Positions 12,980 through 26,715 of a stretch of 64,000 nucleotides of DNA are shown piece after piece (the first letter of the stretch is position 1; the number at the start of each line of letters is the position of its first letter). Made by a program: the position numbers and the translations under genes. The stretch comes from Bugula neritina (lineage: Eukaryota; Animalia; Bryozoa). The notes under the pieces are model-generated. The model was not told the DNA's origin, did no database searches, and was given only the letters and a program-made list of their open reading frames with translations. The DNA lies in contig OZ037767.1 of NCBI GenBank assembly GCA_964035545.1, positions 29,900,628 to 29,964,627 on the forward strand, in the 5' to 3' direction.

Positions 12980-15900
12980 ATGGCTGTGCTGCTAGAAACG
13001 AGTTTAGGAGATCTAACTATTGACCTTATGACTGAGGATCGACCCCAAGGTGAGATCTGTCTACCATACAAGTAACGTATGAGTAAAACATGCTATCATT
13101 GTGAGCAACACTTTTTATTGCTGACTCTAGGAATTTTCAGGTATAGTGATTTCCGCATTTTATTGTACAAGTTCCAAAGTTATTGGTCTTGTTAGATTTA
13201 TCTTTTACTAGAATTTTAAGTTATTATTTTTGTAAAGAAATCCACAGTTTTATTTCAATATTTGAAAAATATGTGGGAGGAAAGACTCTTTATCAAATTA
13301 GTATTATTCTATTTAAAAGTACAGTAATGTGACTCTCTTGTAAGAGGGTTTTAAATTGGTGTCTTTAGTGATAAACCTTCAATCTTATTTGAAGTACTAA
13401 AAAATTGAAGTTAAAGTTGAAAAAAACTAATTTTGCGACTCTTGATTATGGAAATTACCCTTAGAATTTTTCACTTTATAATACCTAGAACTTTGAACTA
13501 CACAGTGTTTATAAAACCACACATACACGTTTTCAGCAAACATTTGGTTAACATTGTTCTATTATACAGCAATTGTGTATTAATCAATTTATAGGAGAGT
13601 GGCTCACCTCAGTATAAAAAAATGAAGAAAAGCATTATTAAAAAAAATGTAATGTAGATATTTTTATGATTTTACAAATTCTTCAACTGGCACTATCCAA
13701 CAGCCCATCTCTTATGAAACCCTTTTGGAGCTGTTACGTTTCCTGTGGTCTCATTTTAGCATCTCTGAACTTTCTGAAGCTGTGCAAACTGAAGTACTAC
13801 AACATGTGTCTCTTCCATAGCATTCAAAGGAATCTGGTTGCACAGAGTGGAGACCCGGATGGCACTGGGCGCGGCGGTCAATCTATGTTCAAGTATGTAC
13901 TCTGCTGTTTAACCCATAATTACCTGTTTATCCCACCATCAGCTGTTTATCCCACCATCTGTATGGATTCTAATAATCTATAGATCTGTAGACACAGTTT
14001 GCTTTTATACAATAATAAACTACAATTCAGATAAATTTTATTTTTAATGTGTGTGGGCGCACGCCATGGTTTGCAATGGTGTGTATTCAAAATATGTTAT
14101 GTTGTATGTGATTCAGCCTTTATTGCACGTACTATTCAGTGTATAGATCAAACTGCAAACTGGCTGCCTAACTAAATACTAGCAGTGTGACTTCTAATTA
14201 TAACCCCAACCTCCCTCATCACTACTCCTTCTGTTGAATATTTAGACACTTGTATGGAGATCAAGCTGTATATTTTGAAGCAGAAGCAAAGCCTAGAATA
14301 AAGCATACGAGGAAAGGTCTAGTCTCTATGGTAAACAATGGCAGCAACATGCATGGGTCACAGGTATGGATCAGTTCACCTCTAATAAACTCACCTGTCT
14401 ACTATCTGTGTCATTGACAGTTGGCTGGGCCTACTATGTGTTGGCTTAAGTTTAGTGGTTTGAAAAATATATTTTATAACTTGTTTGATTAGTTATCAAT
14501 GAAGAGTTGATACTAATATAAAAGATATATTTGAATCACTAACAGAACTGGCACTTTTAGTTTACTGTTTATGTTGTTAGTTCTTCATCACACTGGCCGA
14601 CAGTCTTGACTATTTAGACCAGCAAGGTCATACTGTATTCGGAGAGATAGGGGAAGGGGATGAAGTGCTAGACAAACTTAATGATACATTCTGCGATAAA
14701 AATCACCAGCCACTTCAGAATGTCAGGTAAAGTAGCATCACTTGCCAAAAACTGCTGCTTTCAAGCATTTCCATCATCTTGCAATACTGCTGTAAAGTTT
14801 TGTTCGATTGTCTAATTGTGTATCTTCTTGTTGGTATATAAAGTTAGCTGGTGCACTTTGCGCAATACTGAACTGGTCTACCTGGATAGCCTTCTGTTGA
14901 GTCAGTCAGTCCTTGTTTATCAAATCAATCATCTTATGTCAACTGGGAGTTAAAATTGTAGGATCCTGCATACTATTGTACTAGATGATCCTTATGATGA
15001 CCCGCCTGGCCTGAAGTTTCCAGAAAGTTCTCCTCAAATAAATATAAAAGATTACGAGGTTTGTTTGTATGATTAATTTAGTAAATACTTCTCAACAATG
15101 CTAGTACTAGCTAGTAGAAGTCTGGTCTACACGTCGGATCTAAAACTGAAGTTATTATAGTTTGAATGGGGGCTCTATGGGCAGTTGATAGAATTGCAGT
15201 CAGGTAGCTTTAACCTCACATGAGTCTTAGCGGTTTTTATTATTTTCTAAGAATTTGACCTGCAAAATTTCCTAGTTGTTTTTTTCTAGAATGACCGTCT
15301 TGAATATGACGATGACATTGATCCATTCAAAGATAAGACTGAAGATGAAATAGAGAGAATCCAAGCAGAGAAAACAGCCAAGGCTAATGCACAGATTTTA
15401 GAAATGGTAGACTTATTTTAAAAACAACTTAGTAGGGATGCTCCTTATCAATGTATATATAAACTGTAAGGTGAAAATATTTCCTCTTGTTATGTCTTTG
15501 AAGGTCTAAATCTTTGTTAGAATAATTAGATACACTTTAGATTGGAGACCTTCCAGATCAGGATATAGCTCCAGAGGAAAACGTGCTCTTCGTATGCAAG
15601 TTGAATCCAGTCACAACTGAAGAAGATTTAGAAATAATATTTTCTCGCTTTGGTGCCATTAAAAGGTAAATTATAAGTTAAAAATGTAAAAATACTAAAA
15701 TGCTCTTGCATAGCAAATCATATATGTTTATCTGAAAGACCTTCAATTTTCCAATAGCTCCCCCCCCCCAATAGGGAATAACTCTAAAGCTATTGCTAAG
15801 TTGCTAATCTTTGTAGCTGTGAAGTAATCAAAGACTCAAAGACCCAGGAATCTCTTCAGTATGCATTTATAGAATTTGAAAAGGTCAGTTGTTGGAATAG

Positions 15901-16901
15901 CTGTTTAATACTTTTATATCACCAACTAAAAAATGATCTTCAAATTTACCTGCTACTCAATCTGAACTCACACAAAAGTGCGAGACATTATTGTGACTAT
16001 TTTTAATGGTAACTGAAATCTTTATCTATAATGGAAAACCTGTTGATACAGAAAGAGTATTGTGAGAATGCCTACTTCAAGATGGACAATGTTCTCATTG
16101 ATGACAGAAGAATTCACGTCGACTTCAGTCAGTCAGTTGCTAAAGTCAAATGGAAAGGCAAAGGCACGTATAAGCAAACTCACATTGTGTACTCCGGCAA
16201 TTCCTTTTGTCAACGTATTTTAGCAATTTTCCCAGTGGTCTGCCATTCTTTCTATCTCTACTATTTCCAATCAACTAATTCGATGCTTGTAGGTAAAGGT
16301 GTTCAAACATTTGAGAAAAAAGAGAAATCAGATACCAAGTCCACAGCCTACACTGGCGGAATCTATGGATTGAATCATGATAACTTTGCATCTAAGACAC
16401 ACAGCAAGGTACACAGCTTTAGTTCAAGGCCGTTGTGTTTTAAATGAAATAATGCAAGTCATTTTAGTTAATCAATTTACAGCCATTCTGAAAACTATAA
16501 AAATTAAAGATAAGCTATCTGTCTTCAAACCATATCTTCAGGAATTATTAAGGTAATGGATAACATGGTAGGTTCTTGTAACCTAATTTATCCTGCAGGA
16601 ACAACTCTAGTGACTATTTGTTAATTTATTTTCATTTGCCCATCAGGGAGATAAGGCTAAGAAACGGCACAAATCACGATCACGTTCTCGACACAGGGAA
16701 AGGTCACGATCACTCTCGAGGAAAAGGTCTACATCACGAGAAAGAAGATCTAGATCGAGAGACAAGAGGAAAAAGAGACGTGAGAGGTCAAGGGATAGAA
16801 GCAGACGCTCTTATTCTCGAGAAAAGAAATATCGAGACAGGTCAAGGTCAAAGGACAGGCGTAGGTCACCACCCAGAGACTCCAAGTATAGACACAGATA
16901 A
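12980..16901 (+). CDS. PPIL4: Cyclophilin-RRM-RS protein PPIL4
   Basis: Exons 12980-13049, 13760-13892, 14246-14363, 14581-14726, 14962-15058, 15290-15406, 15541-15665, 15817-15883, 16052-16163, 16293-16408, 16647-16901. Motifs [32 protein letters not shown] and [21 protein letters not shown], followed by an RS-rich tail. Confidence 0.96.
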
Positions 16902-17250
16902 TTACTGTATGAGATGATAGCAGCTGTCATGGCAAGATGGCACGTGGAAGAGTTTTATTGTATATACTTATATGGTACACATTTTTCTAATATGTATAAA
17001 ATTTAATAACCTGTACAAAACAATTGGTACTTATCTTACAAAAAAATCTTTATAGCACATTTTAAATTTTTATACAGACAACCTTGATTTTCTAGAAGAG
17101 GTTCTGCAAGGAAATACAAATAATATACAATCTGTACAAAACGGAAACTCAGTTATTAGTTCGTAAAGGTGGCATCTTCATGTAATACAAGACTCAAAAT
17201 ATTCTTGTCAGATCTTGCCTGTTTGACTGTGAGAAAAGAGTAGTAAATGT

Positions 17251-20200
17251 TCAGTTGATGGCCACCTCTACCTTCTGTATTTTGTGTTCTATTTTACTCT
17301 GAGTTTCTTCTCTCTGAAGCTGCTCAGATGACAGTAAAGATAGACCCAGCTGGTCCTCCTGAAACAGACCAGTTTTGTATAAAAATACCCTAAAGTGAGA
17401 AATTGATGTATTGGGCTCAATTATTCTTGACTAACAAGTGCATTGTTTAGGTGACTTTTTAAAAATCTGGTTCAACATAAAATGATGAAAATCTTATGTG
17501 TGGATCGGATGCTGATAAAGCTTGGGTTTAACTCATTCATTAAATATAGCAAATAGTATGAAGATTGCTTGTGTGACGACACAATACTAAACTGACCCTG
17601 GGAAACGGTTGGGCCATTTTACGAAGAAACCGTTTACAAATCTGCACGCATTCATCTGTGGACAGGTTGAGCACATCTGAGCCCATCTGCTCCTGTATCC
17701 ACTTGGGCAGCTTACCCTTCTTGTCCATTCTGGCAAATCTCTACAGAATAATGCTGCACATTCAGTCATGCAAATCGCAAGTGTTACGTACTTCACCTGC
17801 CAGTTGAGTATGCATTTCACATGGCGATATATATTTCATAACACTGCACATATATAACATTATTAAAAATAAAAGACAAGGTACTACATTATTAAGGTTT
17901 AGTGATTTTTTAATTAATAAAACAAGGAAAAGTTTTTAACTTCTGTTATAGCAGTTGAAACTTTGGTACTACAAAACAACCTAGTGGGCAAAGCATCAAA
18001 AAGTTGGTTCTTGAACCTATTTCAAACTACCTCGAACACATCTATACCTGACCTACTTGAAGCATGCACTGCACCAACAATAAAATGACAGCTCAATGTG
18101 AGTGCTTGCATGTCTAGCCAAGCCAGCAGATGCAGACGCACCTTGTCAGCAAAGCACATGATGCCGTAGTCTGTCTTCCCTCTGAGAGCTCTACCAACGC
18201 ACTGAGCGGCATGTCTCATGGCATCGAAAGTAAGGAAATCATTCTCTTTAATCTGAAACGTGTCTCTCAAATATTCCAGCCTAGCTTTGAGCACCTTTGA
18301 TTGCGTGTAGACGTACGGTACACCAAACATGATCACACATCTGCCATAGTGGTGATCTGGTAAATGAAATAAAATACTATCCTATGCGCGTATATGAACC
18401 CCGAAAGAATCAGAATGCAAAGTATTGGGTGTTTCAGCAATTCAATATATTAAAAACCGAATCTATACAGTTTCTTACATTCATCTGCCCTATTACTTGT
18501 TTACAACCTCTGACTAATTAAGACTCAACATCCGTTACGATCACTCAGCACTACTACTCACTACTACCCACTAACTACTCACTACTACCCACTACTACTC
18601 ACTACTACCCACTACTACTCACTACTACCCACTACTACTCACTACTACTCACTAGTACTCACTACTACTCACTCCTAGCCACTTACCAAAATCAATACCT
18701 TCGGACACCTTCCCTCTAGCCACGGAAAGTAAGACAGCCCCTCTGCCATTGTCACATGCCTGTCAATAGTTAAACCTAAACTTCACTTTTCTATCTTTAT
18801 TAAATGTTCTTATAAACTATAAGTAACTACTCTTTTCTATGTTTCATATTGGAACTTCAAACTGCAGCATAAAATATGTGTAGTTAATAGACCGTGAGCT
18901 ACACTACTAGTTACTAGTATCACATTTCCTTGGTGAAAGCACAAAACGCTCAATTTGACTCCAGCGAGTCTTATCCTAACTCAATAAATGACATGACTCA
19001 AACTTGCGGAGTCCTCCAACTCAGGTTACAGTGACTGAAAGCAACTACTCCTACCTTTCTATAGTTTATCAGAGCTAGGGTAGTTTCAGCAGCGTCTGTG
19101 GTTTCTATGAACAGCAGTTTGTGTCTCTGTATCAGGTCAATGATACCCTGAAACACAGTGTCGCGAGTATATTGTGTCAGTAGTATGTCGTTTCAGGAGT
19201 ATATCAACAGATAATCAAGGTACAAAAGTGGGCACAAAACTAACTTCCAACAGAAGTTCATCTACTGAATCAATGCAGAAAAAGTATCATTGCAAATTAT
19301 TGCACAACAACTTGAATCGTAATTTTCCAGACAATTTTAAATCATCATGATAAAATGACTCAAGATTATTGAGGAGCTGCTGTTTTGCTTAAAGCAGAAA
19401 AGAAGACGATTTGCAAGTAAAAAGTGAAACCAACCTGCTCATACCAAGTAGCCACCGTGTTCTCCAAATAATGGTAGCTGACAAAGAAACACACTAGACC
19501 ATCCGGCACCACCGCACTCATTTCCACAAGTAAGTTGCCATAGTTACGCAATACAGCTGCAGAAGAATAAACAGTAGCCTATAGCAAATAACCCTCCTTT
19601 AGCAAATGTAAAAGTCGCAAACAAGCCATTATTTGATATAACATGAAATTATACAGGATTCGGTCTATCAAATATTTCGGGAGTTGTATTATCACTGTAA
19701 TGCATTACTATTATTATAATGTACATTGATGAGCTACCAGAAATGAAATGCCTTGTTTTAATTGAATTAAGGCTGAAATGATAGTAAAACATAAAATAAA
19801 AAACCAAGGACGGAATAACAGCTGCTAGTGCTACACTGCATTACATAATACATCTTACATAGTACCTAAGGCTAAGACAATATCAACACTCTGACCTACC
19901 GGAATCTTCTCGGGCCTCAAACTTGGAGGTCATAGTGACCTGGTCATTACCTCGTGACACCACCAATGGGTAAATACACTGACGAGCCAAAGACATGGAG
20001 AATGTGGACATGAGGACAGGATGAAAGTCTAATATCTTAGGATACATGTCAAGTGGGGATAGCGTCTACAACAGAGAATAACAGCGAGATGTCAAATGCA
20101 AACTTTGAAAGTATATTCAATTTAATATTCCAACATGAATATCGCTGCTATTTATTGCTTTCACAGGAAACGCAAATAAAAGAATATAATAAACAAGTAA

Positions 20201-23200
20201 AAGGCAGCTTACAAAATATGAGTGACATAAAGAGATAGTTCACATGCGAATGAAAATGAGGCAGGGATGGTGACAGAATATAAGATATAGACAGATCAAA
20301 AGACTCACCCCGGAAGTGATGATGACGGTTTGGAATCTGCTGAACACGGGTTTGACAGCAATAGAGGCATCCATACAGCTGAACCGTAACACAGGATTTG
20401 GTATAGTTGGTGTTCTGTCATCAAATGGCTCAATGATGAGTGAAAACCCTACATGTATGCGCAGGTAAAGTGAATATTGGGATATTATAGTTAGTTACAT
20501 GCGCACTGCGCGCTACAAGCGGTAAGATATTGTACTTTGCTAACAGATCTGTTATGAACTAACCAGCAGTATACGTGCTGACTAAAGTGGCAAAACTGGT
20601 GAGCGCCATTAAAGGTGAAAGGTCATCTATTTCTGTCAGCTCCAATGTCTGAACCAGAGATTTCATTCTTTCTGAACAGAACCTGAAATTAATACAAACC
20701 AGTGAGCAGAGAGGTGAGAGAGTAACCAATGAGTGAGCAGAGATGTGAGAGAGTAACCAATGAATGAGCGGATAAACGAGAGAGTAACCAATGAGTGAGC
20801 AGATAGAGGTGAGAGAGTAACCAATGAGTGAGCAGATAGAGAGAGAGTAACCAATGAGGCAGAGATAGATGAGTGAGAGCAACCAATGAGTGAGCAGCGA
20901 GGTGAGAGAGTAACCAATGAGTGAGCAGAGAGGTGAAAGAGTAACCAATGAGTGAGCAGAGAGGTGAGAGAGTAACCAATGAGTGAGCAGAGAGGTGAGA
21001 GAGTAACCAATGAGTGAGCAGATTAAGATATACACACCGAAGTGGCTTCCGATCTATACACACTTTAGTCTGACAGTCTTTAAGAAAAGAGGCCGGACTC
21101 TCTTGAACAACGTGTTGGACTCGAAGCCGGGTCTTCATATACTCTAGAAACCTCTTCATAAACACTAGGAAATGGTCAGCCTTCCTGATATTACCGGGAA
21201 CACATTCTAAAACACAGAAAATATGTATGAACCAGCTAACGGACTGTTCAACTTGCCTGTGTAACAGCCAACAGGTGTGGATAAATGTGAGCATTGAGTA
21301 AACAACTTCCATATGAACATAACACTGTGACAGGATAACTTCCAACAACATAACCACTTTGCGGGGATGGTTTAAACTGAAATTGAAAAACTAATCACGC
21401 TTGTAGTTGAACATGTTGATGTACCGTTAGATGTAATTACACTTATGTATTTGTAGTTGTACATGTAGCTTTACATGTATTTGCACATATACCAAGTAAT
21501 AAACTACAAACAAACAAATATATGGCAATAGAAAGGAGCTCGCCTTCCAGAATCTCGTTTGGGATGACTGGATTAGTGAGCACCGTGTCCGTCTCTCTGT
21601 TTTCTCTGGCGTTACGCAGACCCTCGACGAGTCTCGAGTATTCGTTGTTGAGCTGCTCCGTGTCTTTCTGCTTGATTCTACAGTGAGATGTCCATGACAA
21701 GTAGGAGAACACGATTCCAGCAATACCGCAATTTATTAGGCAGCATAACTACAGCTTGTCTGAATCATAAATAGATGTAATATTTATTTATTACAAAACA
21801 AGGCAATTATGTTAGGCTAGAATCTATGTTGTAGAGTCATCAAGTTATTTTCTACTCTGCCTTGGCTAGCAGCTGACTGAAAACTGCCAGATAAACCAGC
21901 TGATATATCCAGCCTGATTTTGAAAGTTATCCTCCCACTTCAGTATTTATCTATCACCATGCAATCAGTGAGTACATCTACACCAACATTCTATGATAAA
22001 GTCATAGTTTTAACTAATAAAATCCTCAAGGAACACATTTGATTGGTTTGAAGTCACTCACTTCCGGACCTGTTCTGTGAGATTCGTTATGTTCTGTGAG
22101 CATTTCTCTAAAGACTTCTTCGTCATCTTCACACTCATAGACTCAATACACACATTATCTGAATGTACAGTATACACACTATCTGAATGTACAATACACA
22201 CATTATCTGAATGTACAGTACACACATTGTCTGAATGTACAGTAAACACTATCTGAATGTACAGTACACACTATCTGAATGTACAGTACACATTATCTGA
22301 ATGTACAGTACACACATTACCTGAATGTACAGTACACATTATCTGAATGTACAGTACACATTATCTGAATGTACAATACACACATTACCTGAATGTACAA
22401 TACACACATTATCAGCATATTGTATTCAAAGGTGCTACACACTATACTCAAAGGTGCTTCACATTAGAGAGAGTACACATACCTATATTGTGAGCTTCGT
22501 CAAACACGACTACTGAGTTCTTGCCAAGTTCATCGGAGACTACGCTGGCAATTTTAGGGTCTATTAGATAGTAGTAGCTATACACTATGAAATTGGCGTG
22601 TGTGATCTGTCAACATACATATATCTATATACATATAAGTATTTCAATACAGGAGTTTTACTCCAAAAATGCTACCAATGTGATTTTCCACATGATGAAA
22701 GATTTCCTTGTGATTCAATTTAAACAAAACGCAATAATTAATTACATTCTAATAAATAACCATACTGTATTATATCAATTATACCAAGTAAAAGTTTGTA
22801 ACAACAGCTGGCAGAGTTTGAGCCAACACTAGTAGAAGTTTGACTTCCGGTACTTACTGTGTATCGTGCAAGAAAATAAGGACAGACCCCTTTCTTCTTC
22901 CCATACTCCTTCAAATCCTCCTGTATAAAGGGAGAGAATCCAACATTGTGCAAGTTATGAACATAAAACACGTTACATAATTCTGTTTGTGAGATTGCAT
23001 GATTGGTGAGAAGACTTCAGCTGAGATAATTAGAATCCTACACATTCTGAGTATAAATATACTGCGTATAAACATACTGAGTATAAACATACTGAGTATA
23101 AACATACTGAGTATAAACATACTGAGTATAAACATACTGCGGTCACGAATCATAAGAATACAAATTAATGCTAGCAATGTGTTAGCATAAAACGAGCATC

Positions 23201-24977
23201 AGAGTTTCGTATGTTAATAGTTATGTGATGAATTCACCAGATCATATATTCCGGGAGGCATTAGCTCCTCCTTGCCATGGGAGTCGTATCCCTCGTAGAA
23301 AGAGCAGAGGTCGGGGGTCTCACCATAGTCCCGCTTTCTGCGAATATGAGAGGCTGTCTTGGAGTAGCACTCACTGTCTACTCTTTTTCCTTCCTTCGAC
23401 TTGGATACCTACAAGAATAAAGTACTGGTAATTGATGAAAGGATGCTACTAGTTACTTCTTGTTGAATTCATCTGGTATGTCTATTTCAGCAAAGATTTA
23501 TGCAACCAACAGTTCAGTATTCTGACAAGAATGCATGTCATTGCAGAAATACAATATAGAGAGAATTAACTAAATTTCTTGCAGAACAACGCCGATCGGA
23601 AAGTACTTAGCCCCTCCTGACACTCTCATTAGTGCTACTTAGGACCCATCTTATACAACATTATGCCACAGGCATACCTCAGGGTGTATACACAGGTTCT
23701 TTCGAGAACTGAGAGCTAATCCAAGGACTCCAGCCTCTCCACCCGTCGTCTTTTCATAGTAGGCTATGAGATTCTTCAACTCCTGAACTACCTTGATCAA
23801 CTCGGGTACAGTTCTAGAGCAGTATACGATACGCCCCACTACTGCTGGCAACGCCTAAACACCAGAAAATGTGAAGACATTTATTTAGTGGCAGTTGAAG
23901 CACATGCAACAAATACTAGACTTACAAAACGTAATGCAATATCTCATATCGGAATTACCTTAAAACTCAGAATGATTCAACTCTAATTGTGTTTAACATA
24001 TAAAATATTAAAATAATTGATTATATAACTTTGCTACTTGTGGAATATGATTAATTAACAACTTACCTTGTGGTAAGCAAATAGTAATGAAAGCAGAGAT
24101 ATGGTTTTTCCTGTCCCTGAAGGCATTTCCAACACACAATGACCCTAAAAACAATCATGTCTTTAATAAATAGAAATAAATTCCATAAGGTGAACAAGCA
24201 AACATGTGACTGCGTAATCATCATGCTAGCCATGATAAATGATAAGTCAGAGATTGCATGGCCAAGTGAAAGTTTTTGAAAAACAATAAATCAATTACAA
24301 CAACTGCAGGTGGATTACCTGAGCATCAATTGACTTCTTCAGCTCCTGCATGTAGAGGTACTGCTCAGGGTAAATATAGTCATATGGGAAGTAGACATCT
24401 ATTCCGTCAATGTCAATCCTTTATTTGACAAGTAATAAATGTTCTACATGAGGGTTAAAGTTTCCTTGTAATTGTTACAGCACTAACAACTGTTTAGAAT
24501 AACAGCTTAATGCAAAGCTTGACTTTAAAATATAACAAATTTAGTATTAGAATTTCCATCTCCAATTACCTTTATACTGTTAGTTATTACTAAAAATAAT
24601 TTTATTGAATGATTTAATTAAGTGAATACAAATGATTAGTCAAACAAATTTCTACTGACAACCATTTGATTTGGTTTCTAAAAACTATAGTCATAATCAT
24701 AAAGTTACAATCAACTATAAACTTACAAGCAAAGTTACAAAGATACTGGTACATGTTTTTGTACACACAACTCTACATCATATAAGAAAATTATAAAAAA
24801 TATTTTCTGGTATGATACAAATAACAGTATAAATTAAATTTATTTACATTACCTCAATGAACGTAAAGATTGTCTCTAACAAAAAATTATAAATAACAGC
24901 AAAAACGCATAATTTAAATTGAAAAACTTTACAGTTTATCGAGAAATACATTTTAGCCGAAAATAAACTTACTTCAT
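17251..24977 (-). CDS. ERCC2: TFIIH helicase XPD
   Basis: Starts ATGAA|GTAAGT (24977). Motifs [89 protein letters not shown] and [12 protein letters not shown]. Stop TGA at 17253-17251. Confidence 0.98.
18541..18678. repeat. 10-bp minisatellite (ACTACTACTC/ACTACTACCC) abutting an ERCC2 donor
   Basis: About 13 tandem copies directly next to the minus-strand donor at ~18686. Confidence 0.9.
20698..21021. repeat. ~32-bp minisatellite (CCAATGAGTGAGCAGAGAGGTGAGAGAGTAA) filling an ERCC2 intron
   Basis: About 10 copies occupy nearly all of intron 21037-20683. Confidence 0.92.
22145..22412 (-). repeat. 22-24-bp minisatellite duplicating an ERCC2 acceptor plus exon start
   Basis: Minus-strand unit GTACTGTACATTCAG|ATAATGTGT, about 11 copies. 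The homology-supported exon starts at 22158 ([10 protein letters not shown]). Confidence 0.9.
23047..23139. repeat. 15-bp minisatellite (CTGAGTATAAACATA)
   Basis: About 6 tandem copies in an ERCC2 intron. Confidence 0.9.
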
Positions 24978-26715
24978 GTTTGCTGTTCCTTAAAGAATTC
25001 ACAATCATTCATGAGTCACGGAATCATTTAATGAGCTGTACCACTCTGTGTAGAAATACTTCTGACTAGAGAAGTCAGATATGGGGAACTGTCTAACAGA
25101 ATAAAGTATAACGTTTTCAATCTTTCTTCTAACCACAGAGATAAAAGTCAGCACACCAATTAATGGATTATGATTACTAGGAGTTAACAGTTATATCTTA
25201 GCAGCAGCTGTCTCTGCAGGCTGCAGCACTGTTCAATGAACAAATAACTACAAAAATTGCTTTCAAATTTTTTTTTTTTTAAAATTCCCAATGACGAAAT
25301 TATTCAACACTCCAAGACCAAGTCTAATACTAATAGTAATAGTAATAGACTTAGAGTAATCGTTTTCTTCTATGATGATGATCAGAATTTAACAATACCA
25401 AATTTCAATTTACTTTTTAAAACTTTTACTTTTATAACTTGAGAATGATCATTTGATATTAATATCATTATGATAACTAAGAAATATAATTAATCAAAAT
25501 AAACAATTATCATGATGAATTATTATTAAATTTAAATTTAAAGAATTACAAATACAATAAATATTAAATTTAATATAATTATAAGTATTATTTATTAAGC
25601 TTAACTGCCTTAACAATTACAATAACTAACTCTAACTGTCCAACTCACTATGTCTACGAGCAAACCCAAAACCTAAAAGTAAAACAGTAAAACTAAAAGT
25701 AAACTACTACTACTACTAGTACTACTACTAGTACTAGAATAAAAACTCAAAGTGAAAAGTTTAAGAAAAACCGATGTGCTTAAATACAAACTCATGTTTA
25801 TAACTTTTGTAAACACATGTTAAAATATTAAGTCTAAGCCTGGGGTAAACCAGGGGTTAAAGGATATAACATAAATATATCACTCTGGGGAAAACACACT
25901 TTACCAGTGGAATCATGTTATGCAAGATGCTAAAAAAAAAACCTTTGAGCCTCAGCGGCAGGCTTTTGGTATTTCGGGGGGAACTGCACACTGCGTTAAT
26001 AACTATAGCAGCAAAAAAGCTAGTAAAGGGTGTGTTTCACAAGTATCAAAGCTATTAAACTAGCTAGATTGTTTTCTTTATTTAAAAAACTTACAGTATT
26101 TTTTTTATTTTTTTTAATAAATTATTATGTTGTTTAAAAATTTTAAAAACTTATATTTTCGTCTGGAAAAACTTCTTGTATACAATTGGTATTGCTTGCG
26201 CATATAACTAAGTGGGAATTCAAATCAATCACCACTAGCACTGTCGGTGCTAGTAGTGATAGTAATACTTATTAGTTATAGTTATACTTATAGTAATAGC
26301 TTATAACTATAGCTAATAAAAATACTAATTAGCTATTAGTAGTAAATAGTTATTATACTTGTAGTTATATTAATGAACATTAGTATTATTAATACTTTTG
26401 ATAGTAATACTAATTTACTATTTACTATTTAGTAATTAAAACAGTCTATAACATTAACAGTATGAGTATACTCATACTGTATAAGTATAAGTATATAAAT
26501 AATGTCTAAACCTATACTGATACTGATACTGAGACTCATTAATTAAATTAGGCTATGCAGTGGGTAGCAAAATTTATTTTTGTTTAAAAGTTTAGATATA
26601 AATTAGATAAGTATCAAATTGGTGTTAAATAAATATAAGCACTTGGCATTATTTCAATATTTGTTTTAAAATTAATGTGACTGTGTTTTTACGTTTTTGT
26701 TTTAGCTAATTGTGA

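Noticed and set aside
20559-21035. Overlapping ORFs with LLTHWLLSH repeats (similarly 32787-33193, 35731-36100, 39293-39518, 63737-63982, 12552-12750)
   Set aside because: These are translations of intronic minisatellites or low-complexity tracts, open in several frames, with no domain signal.
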